Assembly (NCBI GenBank): GCA_945787555.1
Contig: CALZJG010000137.1
Span: forward strand, 532 to 64,531
Length of the DNA stretch: 64,000 nt
Direction: 5' to 3'
Source: an uncultured Chromatiaceae bacterium
GTDB taxonomy: Bacteria > Pseudomonadota > Gammaproteobacteria > DRLM01
Both the position numbers and the translations under genes were made by a program. The notes beneath the pieces are model-generated. The model did not search any database and was not told the DNA's origin. It worked only from the letters and a program-made list of their open reading frames with translations. How positions within the stretch are numbered: the first letter of the stretch is position 1; each line of letters opens with the position of its first letter. Of this stretch, positions 31,916-41,785 are shown piece by piece.

Positions 31916-33097
31916 TCAATAGCCCCATAATGCGAGTAATTGTTGGGACTCCAGCGGCGAATCATTAGTCGCCGTTTCCTTAATGGCATACTCCCGTTGC
32001 CCGCAATGGCGCACTAGAGGTTTGCCATAGGTGACGCCGCGCGGCGCGATGAGGCTAGCCACACGGGGAGAGCTATCGCTCTTGGCGCGGTGAGTGACAA
32101 CGGCAATCTCACCATTATAGAGCCGTACCATCCCTCCGGGAGGAAACACGCCTAGCTCCTTGATAAAGGAATAGGCCAACGACTCATCCACCTCCTTGCC
32201 CTTGCTCAAAAACAGATCACGCAGTGCCAGGGTTGGCAACATCGGCACCCGATAGGCCCGCTCAGAGATCTTGGCATGATAGATATCTGCCAAACTGATT
32301 ATGCGCGCACCCACCTCGATTTCGTCACCGACCAGGCCCTTGGGGTATCCGCTGCCATCGACGCGCTCATGATGGTGCAGCACGATGTTCAGCCAATCTT
32401 GATCATCGACACCGGCCGCCTTGAGCAAAGAGACACTAATTTCGGAATGGCGTTGAATTTGCTCCCGCTGCTTCTCGCTGGCGGGTTCCAGCTGCATCTG
32501 CAAGCAGTCCTGCAGCTCAAACATCCCCACATTGGCGGTCAGCACGGCGGCCAATGTCTTGCGTCGTACTGCCGGTGGCATGCCCACATGCGCACAGACC
32601 AGCTCGCACAATAAAGCGCAATGGATCGGGTGCCTGACGATATAGGAGCCCTTTTTTACCAGATGGATCGCACTGAGGGCGGCGTCGGAATCTTCAGTGC
32701 ACAATAACTGGATATCCGCGCACAGCATGCCGACATCGAAACGAATGTCGCGCAGTTTACCGTCCGCCACACCCCGCAAGATGTCGAATAACCGCCCCAT
32801 GAAATCATGAATGCGTGAGAAGGGATTATCCTCAGAATTACCCTCTGATTGATATCGATACTCCTGCACGGCTTGCGCTTTGCCTTCGTCCTCCTCCTGG
32901 GCGAGCACCTCGGCCTCTCCCGCCTCTCGATACAGCCCCTTTTCAAACATAATCTCTAATTGACGCTCGCTCTTGACGATGGTGCCCTCATGCAAGAGGA
33001 CCTTTCCCGCTTTATTGAATACGGTCCAGCCTATGGGCTGGTTGACAAGGATCTCAGAGTCCTTGATCTTGATATGATTAACTGGTTTCTCGCTCAT
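31916..33097 (-). CDS. HD-GYP domain phosphodiesterase (c-di-GMP hydrolase family)
   Basis: HD motif (HPIHCALLCELVCAH) and the downstream HHHERVDGSGYP block, which is diagnostic of HD-GYP. Confidence 0.8.
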   Translation of the reverse strand: MSEKPVNHIKIKDSEILVNQPIGWTVFNKAGKVLLHEGTIVKSERQLEIMFEKGLYREAGEAEVLAQEEDEGKAQAVQEYRYQSEGNSEDNPFSRIHDFMGRLFDILRGVADGKLRDIRFDVGMLCADIQLLCTEDSDAALSAIHLVKKGSYIVRHPIHCALLCELVCAHVGMPPAVRRKTLAAVLTANVGMFELQDCLQMQLEPASEKQREQIQRHSEISVSLLKAAGVDDQDWLNIVLHHHERVDGSGYPKGLVGDEIEVGARIISLADIYHAKISERAYRVPMLPTLALRDLFLSKGKEVDESLAYSFIKELGVFPPGGMVRLYNGEIAVVTHRAKSDSSPRVASLIAPRGVTYGKPLVRHCGQREYAIKETATNDSPLESQQLLALWGY

Positions 33098-33515
33098 TCC
33101 TGGATCACCTCTGCGATGGTGCGGCCCGCATCAGCATCGACTTGCCGCTGCCGCCAGCCTTCCTGTGGACATGCTGTCCCCGCTCGCCAATACCGCCCAC
33201 AGGAGGGGATTTCAATGCTTACATCGGCATTTTGGTGGATTCATTGACTGGCCATGGCCAACGCTGAGATCAGGCGAAAAATCGGCCAGGCAGCCAACAC
33301 CCTCTTGCCGCCGCGACATAGAGGTAGCGTAGGCAAACCAGACATCGCCCTCGCTTCGCGAAAAAGAGGCCGTCCATATCTTCTATTCGCAAACGGCACA
33401 AGTCTCGCCTCATGGATCCTCGCCAGGCTCGACGGCGACAGTCACCGCAAGCGGCGCTATCTGGCATTCCAGAAACTTGGACGCGTTGTGCGCTCGGTGC
33501 ATTTACACAGATGCC

Positions 33516-34805
33516 CTATTCAGGCGGCCTTTCCTCTTCAAAGCTGAGCGCCTGCAACTCGAGACCCTCTATTTCTTGTAGAGACTTTCCGGCGATCCCC
33601 TGCAAGTCGCCATACATGCCTACCGTGGCGCCCATGACGCGCTCGATCTGGGCTTCGCGCTTGGCCCATTGCTTCATGATGGCCTTTCTTTCCTTATCCA
33701 GATCGGCCTGCATGGTGGAAAATGCTTCGACGATGGCCTCCACGCGGTGGCGAAAACGCGGGCCGGTGAGGTACTGGTAGACCATTTCGGTTTTGGTTTG
33801 CTGGCCTTCGGAAGCCTGTCGTGCAGTGGCAATGTCCAGCAAGGTCTGGCGCAGAATCGCCGCAACCGGCAAGGCGGCGCGAGGATGCGTGACCCAGATG
33901 CCGTCTACCATTGCGAATGTCTCTATGCCCTTGGGCAATACCTGACTCACGATGACGGCAATATCCGCCTTGGCGGTGCGTTGATCCTCGCGCAACTTGG
34001 CCAACCAGGGTTCGCTCCAGTTCTTGGTGCGTTTGGTCTCCCACAATATAGTGCCGCTCGCCTGGCCGCTGGCGCTGACGACACGCTGCAACGCATCGCC
34101 GCCAAACTCACCCTTGGGGACAGGCTCGATAACATCGAAAGGGAATTTGTCGTGCAACAGGTTTTCAAGTTCGAGCTCTTGCACTTCGCCCTGTAGTTGC
34201 TGCGAACCTTGTTCGGCGCGGCGCTTGAGATCCTCGATTTGCTTCTGCATCGCGGCGATGGTCTGCTCTTTCTCCATGACCTTGAGCTTCTGTTCGTCCT
34301 CGGCCTCTTTTTTGGCTTGCTCGCGGATAGTCGTGAGACCTTGTTGCACGCGCTTTTCAACAGTGAGTTCCAGCTCGCGTTTGGCATCATCGAGTTCGCG
34401 CTGCTTCTTGATGAGCAGCGCCTGGGCCTGTTGCGCCTCGGCAAGTTTTTCATCCCGAATCTTCAGCACAGCTTGCAAGTCGGCCAGTTCCCGCGTCTTC
34501 GATTCCAGATCGGTGGCGGCCGCCTGTTTGGCTTTCTTCGCCTCCTCCGCCACGATCCGGGCGCGATCCATTTTCAATTGCTCTTCCACTCGACCGGCGA
34601 CCTGCTCATCGAGTCGGTGCTTGGCCTCTGCCAGTTGCTGTTCCTTCTCGCGCGCGGCTTGTTCGCGCTGGGCGATGTCGCGGTCCTTCTGTGCCAGTTG
34701 CTGCTCGTATTGCTTGCGGGTACTCGCGATCAATGGCGCCGCCAAGGACTCGGTGAGCTTGATTTGGGTTTGGCAGCTGGGGCAAATGATGGTGGGCTCT
34801 GTCAT
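33516..34805 (-). CDS. DUF2130 domain-containing protein (N-terminal Zn-ribbon-like CPxC...C then long coiled coil)
   Basis: MTEPTIICPSCQTQIKLTESLAAPLI is the typical DUF2130 start. It is followed by an extended charged coiled coil (QREQAAREKEQQLAEAKHRLDEQ...) and a conserved C-terminal domain. Confidence 0.6.
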   Translation of the reverse strand: MTEPTIICPSCQTQIKLTESLAAPLIASTRKQYEQQLAQKDRDIAQREQAAREKEQQLAEAKHRLDEQVAGRVEEQLKMDRARIVAEEAKKAKQAAATDLESKTRELADLQAVLKIRDEKLAEAQQAQALLIKKQRELDDAKRELELTVEKRVQQGLTTIREQAKKEAEDEQKLKVMEKEQTIAAMQKQIEDLKRRAEQGSQQLQGEVQELELENLLHDKFPFDVIEPVPKGEFGGDALQRVVSASGQASGTILWETKRTKNWSEPWLAKLREDQRTAKADIAVIVSQVLPKGIETFAMVDGIWVTHPRAALPVAAILRQTLLDIATARQASEGQQTKTEMVYQYLTGPRFRHRVEAIVEAFSTMQADLDKERKAIMKQWAKREAQIERVMGATVGMYGDLQGIAGKSLQEIEGLELQALSFEEERPPE

Positions 34806-35071
34806 CAATGGTTCCTTGGGTGCGTGCAGCAAAGCTCGAGGCTATATAGCACATCACTAGTTTTCCTCGCCTGTCGTTCCAGTGTTGTAGGCGCGACGAG
34901 GTCATTTCCTTTCACAAGAAAGGATCCTAACACTTTGTTATATATAGAGGATACATCTTGAGCACGTTGAGGTGTAGACGGAGGCGGAATATCAAAGCGG
35001 CGGGAGATTGACCTGAGTGCTAAGGAACTGGACCGCTGCCGCCATCCATGGCAGCAGCACCCGGCGCCGCA

Positions 35072-36295
35072 TCAATAATCAGACAGCTCGGCCTCATAAC
35101 TCAGACCCTTGGCCCTGGCCTGCTCCCTCACCGTGCCGTAGATTTTCACATCCAAAGAGTCCTTGGCGGCATCGCTCTCCTCCACCTTTTCCTTCAGGAA
35201 GCTGGAGCGCTGCTCGGTCAGTTCATCAATCTGTTTTTTCAGCTCATCACGTCTTGCCGCCGTCGTTTCGATCACCGTCTGGCGCTCCGCCGGCGCCATG
35301 ACCTGCAGGGAGGCGGGCAGCTTGGCCGTTTCAATGGTGTCGAGATCGACACGGCCACTGGCCACATCGTCCACCAGTTCATTTTCACCCAACAGATTGT
35401 CCGCCCCGCTGGCCGAGGCGTTAAAGGTGGCCCGTCGTGCACGTGATGACACAGAGGCCTCTTCGTGCAGTTTCTTGGTCGCCTCGAGTTTGCGTTGCTG
35501 GATTTTCTTTTGTTCGGCATCACCATAAAACAGCCGGGTATCATCCAGCTTGGCGGACAACTCGGCCAGCTTACCATCATAGGGCGTGCTGATGGCCACG
35601 GCACTGCCACCCTGCTCGACCTGGAAGAAATCACCGCCTGCCGCCTGGGCAATGCGCTGCCATTCTGTTTCAGTGCCACGATTCTGACCGCATTGAATCG
35701 TATTCACAACGATGCCTTTGTGCTGCGCCACCTTGAGGGTTTGCGGATATTGCACCTCATCCTGATAATCCATGTGCGGCGGCGCATCGCCCACCAGAAA
35801 CACGACTTTATAGGTGTCCTGATCCGGACTCCAGCTGATCCGATTGACCGCATCATGCAAGGCCTGGTTGACGCTCTCCGGGCCGTCGCCGCCGCCCTGG
35901 GCACTGAAGCCGATCAGGGCGGCATAGAGGCTGTCGAGATCGGTGGAGAGATCGACCACGCGGGTGACATACTCATCGCCGCGATCGCGATAGGCCACCA
36001 AACCGATTTTGATCTCGGGCGCCGGCTGGGCCGAGGCCATGTTGCTGGCGATGGACCAGATTTTCTCCTTGGCGGCCTCGATCAGCCCGCCCATGCTGCC
36101 GGTCGTGTCCAACACAAACACCACCTCCACCTTGGGCCGCTGGTTGAATTGTTGATGCGTCGTGGGCACGTCGGGCACCACCACCGGATCCATCGGCAAG
36201 GGCGTGATGGCACCGGTGCTCTGTTTGAGCGGAACAAAAACCACTGTGGCAGCGGTCAACGCAAATAGTGTGATGGCAAAGAATTTGGTCTTCAT
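35072..36295 (-). CDS. Secreted von Willebrand factor A (vWA) domain protein with a C-terminal coiled-coil region
   Basis: Signal peptide MKTKFFAITLFALTAATVVFV. MIDAS-containing vWA fold (VVFVLDTTGSMGG...GGGDGPES...FLVGDAPPH). The C-terminal ~150 aa are Lys/Glu-rich and coiled-coil. Confidence 0.75.
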   Translation of the reverse strand: MKTKFFAITLFALTAATVVFVPLKQSTGAITPLPMDPVVVPDVPTTHQQFNQRPKVEVVFVLDTTGSMGGLIEAAKEKIWSIASNMASAQPAPEIKIGLVAYRDRGDEYVTRVVDLSTDLDSLYAALIGFSAQGGGDGPESVNQALHDAVNRISWSPDQDTYKVVFLVGDAPPHMDYQDEVQYPQTLKVAQHKGIVVNTIQCGQNRGTETEWQRIAQAAGGDFFQVEQGGSAVAISTPYDGKLAELSAKLDDTRLFYGDAEQKKIQQRKLEATKKLHEEASVSSRARRATFNASASGADNLLGENELVDDVASGRVDLDTIETAKLPASLQVMAPAERQTVIETTAARRDELKKQIDELTEQRSSFLKEKVEESDAAKDSLDVKIYGTVREQARAKGLSYEAELSDY

Positions 36296-36315
36296 GGTGA
36301 GCTCCTATTTTAAAT

Positions 36316-36888
36316 TTAACTGAGGGAGAGTTTGCCCAGCGCCGCCTCGGCGTTGCGATGGGCGCGCATGAAAGGATCAGCACGATCCGCATTTGCAGGA
36401 GTATTGGCGTGCCGCCCCTGAACCGACCACTGGACCGGAATCAGCGCGAACAGGGCCTGGACGAGAAACAGGGTCCACAAAGCCAGCAACAGGCTGCCAC
36501 TGTTGAGAAAGGCCCACAGTCCCGCCACCAGCCCGAAGCCACTCAGGCCCAGATCCACCAGGGAGGAAATCACGCTGCGATAATAGAGCAGAGATCGAAT
36601 TAGCCACAGCACGGCAGCTAGCAGGATTACAACCCCAACAAAGGGGGGGTCGAGCAGCCAGACGCCGAACAAGCTTAGCGCCCAACACAGGACGGCGGTC
36701 ATGCGTCCGCGCTTTTTCGGGCTGCGCGCCAACAGATAGACCAGATACGCAGATCCAATCAAGGCAAGCATGGCGCGGGCGCTAAAGGCAATATTAAAGA
36801 ACGTAGCCATCACGCCATAGAGCGCCGCCCCGGCCACACTGGCCACCACCGCCACCAATACGCCTTCGTAAAATCCAGGCCGCTTCAT
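36316..36888 (-). CDS. Integral membrane protein (4 predicted TM helices), function unknown
   Basis: 190 aa with four hydrophobic segments (GVLVAVVASVAGAALYGV; MLALIGSAYLVYLL; AVLCWALSLFGVWLL...VVILLAAVLWLI; LVAGLWAFLN...LLLALWTLFLVQALFALI). Its start overlaps the stop of the upstream PspA-like gene by 4 bp. Confidence 0.5.
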   Translation of the reverse strand: MKRPGFYEGVLVAVVASVAGAALYGVMATFFNIAFSARAMLALIGSAYLVYLLARSPKKRGRMTAVLCWALSLFGVWLLDPPFVGVVILLAAVLWLIRSLLYYRSVISSLVDLGLSGFGLVAGLWAFLNSGSLLLALWTLFLVQALFALIPVQWSVQGRHANTPANADRADPFMRAHRNAEAALGKLSLS

Positions 36889-37418
36889 GACACACTCCTT
36901 TGCTGCTTTTCTCGCAGCAGCGCCACTTCCACGTCGGCATCAGTAATCGTGTTCGTCACCGGCCAGGGCGGCTCGCTGGCCTGCGGCGCTGGTTCATCAA
37001 CCAGCAGTTCCAGCTTCTGGCGCATGGCTTCTAGCCGCGGCCCATAGTCATCGATGAGTCTCTGCGTCGCGTCGCTATCGCGCAGCAATGCTTGCTGCCT
37101 TGAAGCCAGCGACTTATGCAACTGCTGATGTTCCAGCTTGCGCTTGAGCAACACTCGCGCCAGCGCCTCGTTATTCGCCAGGAAACAGACATCCAGCTCG
37201 TCATTGATATTGCTGACGGCCTCGGCCAGCTCCTGCAAGCGACTGTCCAATTGAGTCTGCTGTTGGTGCTGGGTATTCAGCTGTAGGCGTTCACGCGCCA
37301 GCGCCTCCTCCATTTCCCTGACCGATTGGCGGAGCAACATCGCCGGCTCTTCCAGCTGGTCGATCACGGCATGCAGATCCGCCCTGAAGAGATGAGTGAT
37401 ACGATTAATCAGTGCCAT
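36885..37418 (-). CDS. PspA/IM30 (phage shock protein A / Vipp1 / ESCRT-III-like) family protein
   Basis: N-terminus MALINRITHLFRADLHAVIDQLEEPAMLLRQSVREMEEALARERLQL aligns with the PspA start (M.IF.R......N..LDKAEDP.KM....I..ME..L.E.R). The remainder is coiled-coil and shorter than canonical PspA (177 aa). Confidence 0.55.
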   Translation of the reverse strand: MALINRITHLFRADLHAVIDQLEEPAMLLRQSVREMEEALARERLQLNTQHQQQTQLDSRLQELAEAVSNINDELDVCFLANNEALARVLLKRKLEHQQLHKSLASRQQALLRDSDATQRLIDDYGPRLEAMRQKLELLVDEPAPQASEPPWPVTNTITDADVEVALLREKQQRSVS

Positions 37419-37498
37419 GTCGGGGTCCTCTCGTGGTTGATGATGCGTTCAGTCTAGGCGCGGAGAGGACGACACTGTAGACAGACTTTGGTAAAAGC

Positions 37499-37527
37499 TT
37501 TACGCGGATGTTTACAAAACATTTACA
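37499..37527. promoter_or_regulatory. Three direct TTTAC(A/G) hexamer repeats spaced 12 and 11 bp apart in the divergent intergenic region; candidate OmpR-family response-regulator binding site
   Basis: tttacg (37499-37504), tttaca (37511-37516) and tttaca (37522-37527). Their one-helical-turn periodicity is typical of OmpR/PhoB-family direct-repeat operators. They lie ~40-65 bp upstream of the response-regulator start (37565) and ~80-110 bp upstream of the divergent pspA-like gene. Confidence 0.4.
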
Positions 37528-37564
37528 TGTGGTTAGAGCATCAAACTGCTAGGCTGATGACGTT

Positions 37565-38266
37565 ATGCATAAGAAAACACGCATATTGATCGTCGAGGAC
37601 GAAGAGGCCATTCGCACCGGCCTGGTCGACGTGTTGGTCTTTCACGGCTTCGAGGTCGAGTGGGCCGGCTACGGGCCCGAGGGATTGACCAAGGCGTTGA
37701 GCGGGACCTTTGATTTACTGCTGCTCGACGTCATGCTGCCGGGCATGGATGGTTTCGAGATTTGCAATCGCATCCGCGAGCAAGACCCCGCCCAGCCCAT
37801 CATCATGCTCACCGCCAAGAGCAGCGATGAAGACATCATCCAGGGCCTGAGCCTGGGCGCGGATGATTATGTCAGCAAGCCCTTCTCGGTGGCCCAACTG
37901 GTATTGCGTATCCAGGCGGTATTGCGCCGCGCCCGCGTCGGCGCCGAGACCCACACACGTATTCAACTGGGTGATGCGTTGGACATCGACATCCTGAACC
38001 TAGCCGGACAGTTGAACGGCAAGACCCTCCACTTCACTCGTCGTGAAATGGAAATCCTGCAATACCTGCACAGCAACGCCGAGCGGCCGGTACCGCGCGA
38101 GGAACTGCTCAACAAGGTCTGGGGTTACGCCAAGACCATGGACATCGAAACCCGCACCGTGGACATTCACATGGCCAAGCTGCGGCGCAAAATCGAACCC
38201 GACCCAAGTTCGCCGCGCTTTCTGGTGACCGTGCGCGGCGCCGGCTATCGCCTGATGCCGGACTGA
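37565..38266 (+). CDS. Two-component response regulator, OmpR/PhoB family (receiver + winged-helix DNA-binding domain)
   Basis: Receiver motifs (ILIVEDE...DLLLLDVMLPGMDGF...MLTAK) and a C-terminal winged helix (LTRREMEILQYL......VDIHMAKLRRKIE......TVRGAGYRL). Confidence 0.9.
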   Translation: MHKKTRILIVEDEEAIRTGLVDVLVFHGFEVEWAGYGPEGLTKALSGTFDLLLLDVMLPGMDGFEICNRIREQDPAQPIIMLTAKSSDEDIIQGLSLGADDYVSKPFSVAQLVLRIQAVLRRARVGAETHTRIQLGDALDIDILNLAGQLNGKTLHFTRREMEILQYLHSNAERPVPREELLNKVWGYAKTMDIETRTVDIHMAKLRRKIEPDPSSPRFLVTVRGAGYRLMPD

Positions 38267-38268
38267 GC

Positions 38269-40350
38269 ATGCGTCGCAACCTCAACAGTCTGCGCCTGAT
38301 CCTGGGGCTGTTCTTTCTGGCCCTGGCCGTCCCCACGGCTATTCTCATCTATCAAGCCCTGAGCCAGATGAAGTGGGAATCGTTCCTGCAGCATCAGGTC
38401 ATGGCCGAAGAACTGAGCACGCGCATAGACAAACGATTGAACCGGCTCATCGCCGAGGAAGAGCAACGCGCCTACGCCGACTATACGTTTTTGAATATCG
38501 CCGGTGATGCGAACAGTAACTTTTTGCAGCGCTCCCCCCTCGCCGCGTTTCCGGTTCAGGCCGACATCCCCGGCGTGCTGGGCTATTTTCAGGTGGATGA
38601 TCAGGGTGACTTCAGTACACCCTTTTTGCCTGACCAAGACGCGAGTCAGAATTTCGGTATCAACGCCGACGAACAACGATCACGCCTGGCCCTGCAGCAA
38701 CAGATTCATGACATCTTGAGTCACAACCAACTGGTCAAACAAACAAAGAAAGATCAATCACCGGCTAGAAGAAAGGATGCCCCGGCGTTGGATACTGCAG
38801 CGTCCTCCACCGCCGAGTCTGAACTGGCCGCGGACATCGCGCTGCAGGGCATGGCGGGCAAGGAAGAAGCGGACAGCGACTCCGCACTGACCAGCTTTGA
38901 CAGCTTGGAAAAACGTGATGACACCCGCCAGCGCGAATCAAGACTGGCGCAGTCATTGGGCCGCGTCGATGAGCTGAAGCTGAAATCTAGATTCGAGCAA
39001 CAGGCCACTAGCGCCCCACGTGAAGCCAGCAAACAGCGTCTACTGGATGAAAAGCGCGCCGCGCGTAAAGAGCAGACTATTTTGCCCGAGACCTTGCCGC
39101 CCCAACCCATCGCCAGCCCGCCACCAAGTACAGCCCAAAGCCCGGTTCAACACTTGGCACCAAATCCAGAGCAAGCGGCCATCCGCATCACCACCTTTGA
39201 GAGTGAAGTGGACCCGTTCCGCTTCAGCCTGCTCGACAGCGGTCACTTCGTCCTGTTTCGCAAAGTCTGGCGCAATGGCGCCCGTTATACCCAGGGAATC
39301 TTGCTCGACCAGCGCAGCTTTGTTCAGGGTGTGATCGAATCCGCCTTTAATGAGACCACCCTGTCCGAGATGAGCAATTTGGTGCTCGCCTTTCAGGGTG
39401 ACGTGCTGTCCGTGATCAGCGGCCGCAGCAATCGTAACTTATACTCAAGCGCAGCCGACCTACGAGGGGAACTGCTCTATCAAACACGATTTTCCGCGCC
39501 GCTGAGCGAGGTGGAGTTGATCTACAGCATCAACCACTTGCCGGCCGGGCCGGGCGCCCAGGTGGTCAGCTGGACCGCGCTGGTATTGGTCGTGCTGTTG
39601 CTGGGTGGCTGCCTGCTGTTCTATCGCCTGGGTAAAAGGCAGCTGACCTTGGCACAGCAGCAGCAGGACTTTGTTTCCGCCGTCAGCCATGAACTGAAGA
39701 CCCCCCTAACCTCGATCCGCATGTACGGCGAAATGCTGCGCGAAGGCTGGGCTGATGAAAACAAAAAAAAGCAGTACTACGACTATATCTTCGCCGAAAG
39801 CGAACGACTGTCACGCCTAATCAACAATGTCCTGCAACTGGCGCGCATGAATCGCAATGAAATCCACATCGAACTCAAAGAGGTGTCCGTCAATGAAATC
39901 ATGGACACCCTACGTTCGAAGCTCACCTCACAGTTGGAACACAGCGGTTTTGAATTCAATCTCATCGATGACTGCGAGCAGTCGAGTCTGAAAGTCCAGA
40001 TCGATATGGATCTGTTCACCCAAATCATCATCAACTTGGTGGACAATGCCGTGAAATTTTCGCGTAGCGCGGACCATAAACGCATCGACGTGCGCTCTGT
40101 GCAAAGCGGTGAGCAAAACATTATTTTCAGCGTGCGCGACTACGGCCCCGGCATTGCCAAAGACCAGCTGAAAAAGATCTTTCAGCTATTTTACCGCGCT
40201 GAAAATGAACTCACCCGACAAACGGTCGGCACCGGCATCGGCCTGGCCTTAGTACAACAACTGGCGCGCCACATGCACGCCCAAGTGGATGTCATCAACC
40301 GCCAACCGGGCGCCGAATTCACTATCGCGTTCAAACTCGACCGAATCTGA
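38269..40350 (+). CDS. Sensor histidine kinase with a large periplasmic domain
   Basis: N-terminal TM helix, a ~400-aa extracytoplasmic domain, a second TM helix (VVSWTALVLVVLLLGGCLLFY), H-box SHELKTPLTSIRMYGEML, and HATPase_c N/G1/G2 boxes (NLVDNAVKFS, RDYGPGI, GTGIGLAL). A 2-bp gap after the response-regulator gene means they are co-transcribed. Confidence 0.85.
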   Translation: MRRNLNSLRLILGLFFLALAVPTAILIYQALSQMKWESFLQHQVMAEELSTRIDKRLNRLIAEEEQRAYADYTFLNIAGDANSNFLQRSPLAAFPVQADIPGVLGYFQVDDQGDFSTPFLPDQDASQNFGINADEQRSRLALQQQIHDILSHNQLVKQTKKDQSPARRKDAPALDTAASSTAESELAADIALQGMAGKEEADSDSALTSFDSLEKRDDTRQRESRLAQSLGRVDELKLKSRFEQQATSAPREASKQRLLDEKRAARKEQTILPETLPPQPIASPPPSTAQSPVQHLAPNPEQAAIRITTFESEVDPFRFSLLDSGHFVLFRKVWRNGARYTQGILLDQRSFVQGVIESAFNETTLSEMSNLVLAFQGDVLSVISGRSNRNLYSSAADLRGELLYQTRFSAPLSEVELIYSINHLPAGPGAQVVSWTALVLVVLLLGGCLLFYRLGKRQLTLAQQQQDFVSAVSHELKTPLTSIRMYGEMLREGWADENKKKQYYDYIFAESERLSRLINNVLQLARMNRNEIHIELKEVSVNEIMDTLRSKLTSQLEHSGFEFNLIDDCEQSSLKVQIDMDLFTQIIINLVDNAVKFSRSADHKRIDVRSVQSGEQNIIFSVRDYGPGIAKDQLKKIFQLFYRAENELTRQTVGTGIGLALVQQLARHMHAQVDVINRQPGAEFTIAFKLDRI

Positions 40351-40705
40351 GAGGTCCGCGCTTTCGATTGTTCAATGTCATCGACGACCACAACGTACAA
40401 TGCGCCCATGACGCAGTGGGTGGCTTGCCGCCCAGTGTCTATGCCGCCAGAAACTTGGAACACTCTAGTTTTGAACTGTGTACTTGAAGGGGAAGCTTAC
40501 GATTCGATGGCAACGACATATTGAAACCTTAGCTGCTGTCCAATTGAAAGGGTAGGTGTCGGCCAAATGAAACCCCCGGTCCGGCCCGCGTGCCGATGAA
40601 CCATCCGGAAAATCCGGGTGACTGAACGCCGAGCTGCAACGCCGACCAAGGTGGGACTAATGCGAACAACAGGATGGAAGCGCTTTTTAGCCGCTCCAAC
40701 TCCGT

Positions 40706-41578
40706 TCAATCATCCTTGAGCATCTTGCGTATCTTCTTGAAGCGCTTCAACACCTCGTTATCCAACACCGGGTAACTCAGGCTCAGTTCGCGCAGCCGCT
40801 GGACGATGATTTCCGCCACCGTCAGGCGCATGTAGGGCTTGTCATCGGCGGGGATCACATACCACGGCGCCCAGGGGTGGGAGGTGGCGGCCACCGCTTG
40901 TTCATAGGCTTGCATGTACTTCTTCCAGTCTTTTCTCTCCGCTACATCGGCTTCGGAAAACTTCCAGTTCTTGTTCGGGTCGTCGATGCGGGCGAGAAAC
41001 CGCTCGCGCTGCTCCTTGCGCGAGATATTGAGCCAGAACTTCAATATCACCGTGCCGTTGCGCGCCAAATGTTTTTCATGATCGCAGATCGATTCGTAGC
41101 GTTCCTGCCATAACGTCTCCAGAACATCAGACTGGGGCAGCCGTTGCGCCGTTAAGTATTCAGGGTGCACGCGCACCGCCAGCACCTCTTCGTAATAACT
41201 GCGGTTGAAGATCCCGATGCGTCCCCGTTCCGGCAAGCGGCAGCTGGTGCGCCACAGGAAATCATGATCGAGTTCTTCCTTACTCGGCTGCTTGAAAGAA
41301 AAGACCTGACAGCCGGCCGGATCGATGCCGCTCATCACCGCACGTATGGTACTGTCCTTACCCGCTGCATCCATGGCCTGAAAGATCAACAACAAGGAGT
41401 GATGATCATGGGCGTAGAGCTTGCGCTGCAGCTCGTCCAGTTCATCGATCTGTTCTTTAAGCCGCTCCCTCGCCTTCCCTTTGCGTGGCGCCTCTTGCGG
41501 CGGCGCGGTCGGCATACTGGCATGTTTGAAACTGCTATCGAAGGGCGCGAGATAGGGGCTGTCGACGACTTTGTACAT
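40706..41578 (-). CDS. ppk2: Polyphosphate kinase 2 (PPK2) family protein
   Basis: Walker A-like motif in FQAMDAAGKDST, and the PPK2 lid/Walker B region (GIFNRSYYEEVLAVRVHPE, WYVIPADDK). Size and layout are typical of single-domain PPK2. Confidence 0.85.
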   Translation of the reverse strand: MYKVVDSPYLAPFDSSFKHASMPTAPPQEAPRKGKARERLKEQIDELDELQRKLYAHDHHSLLLIFQAMDAAGKDSTIRAVMSGIDPAGCQVFSFKQPSKEELDHDFLWRTSCRLPERGRIGIFNRSYYEEVLAVRVHPEYLTAQRLPQSDVLETLWQERYESICDHEKHLARNGTVILKFWLNISRKEQRERFLARIDDPNKNWKFSEADVAERKDWKKYMQAYEQAVAATSHPWAPWYVIPADDKPYMRLTVAEIIVQRLRELSLSYPVLDNEVLKRFKKIRKMLKDD

Positions 41579-41785
41579 AATCGGGGTTCACCTGGTGTCG
41601 TGCTATGACGGCTAATGACGAAAGCCTGATGCAACCACTACGCGACATGTGCTCAGGGTCCGGCATCTCCGCCTCATGGCAATAGCGCCTGTCGACAGCA
41701 TAATCCGAAGTCGCCAGCCCAACAACGCGCACATTGCCAGTGATCGTCACTCTAACTGATCGTCATTGCACTTGGCGGCACATCC

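Noticed and set aside
40351-40705. GC-rich structured 355-bp convergent intergenic region, with hairpins such as catccggaaaatccgggtg, as a candidate RNase P, SRP or 6S RNA
   Set aside because: None of the universally conserved RNase P motifs (GGAAAGUCCGGGCUCC, ACAGAACCCGGCUUA) or the 4.5S/6S cores are present. Only a weak partial resemblance (ggaaaatccgggtgac) was seen. With no promoter or terminator evidence, I could not support an ncRNA call.
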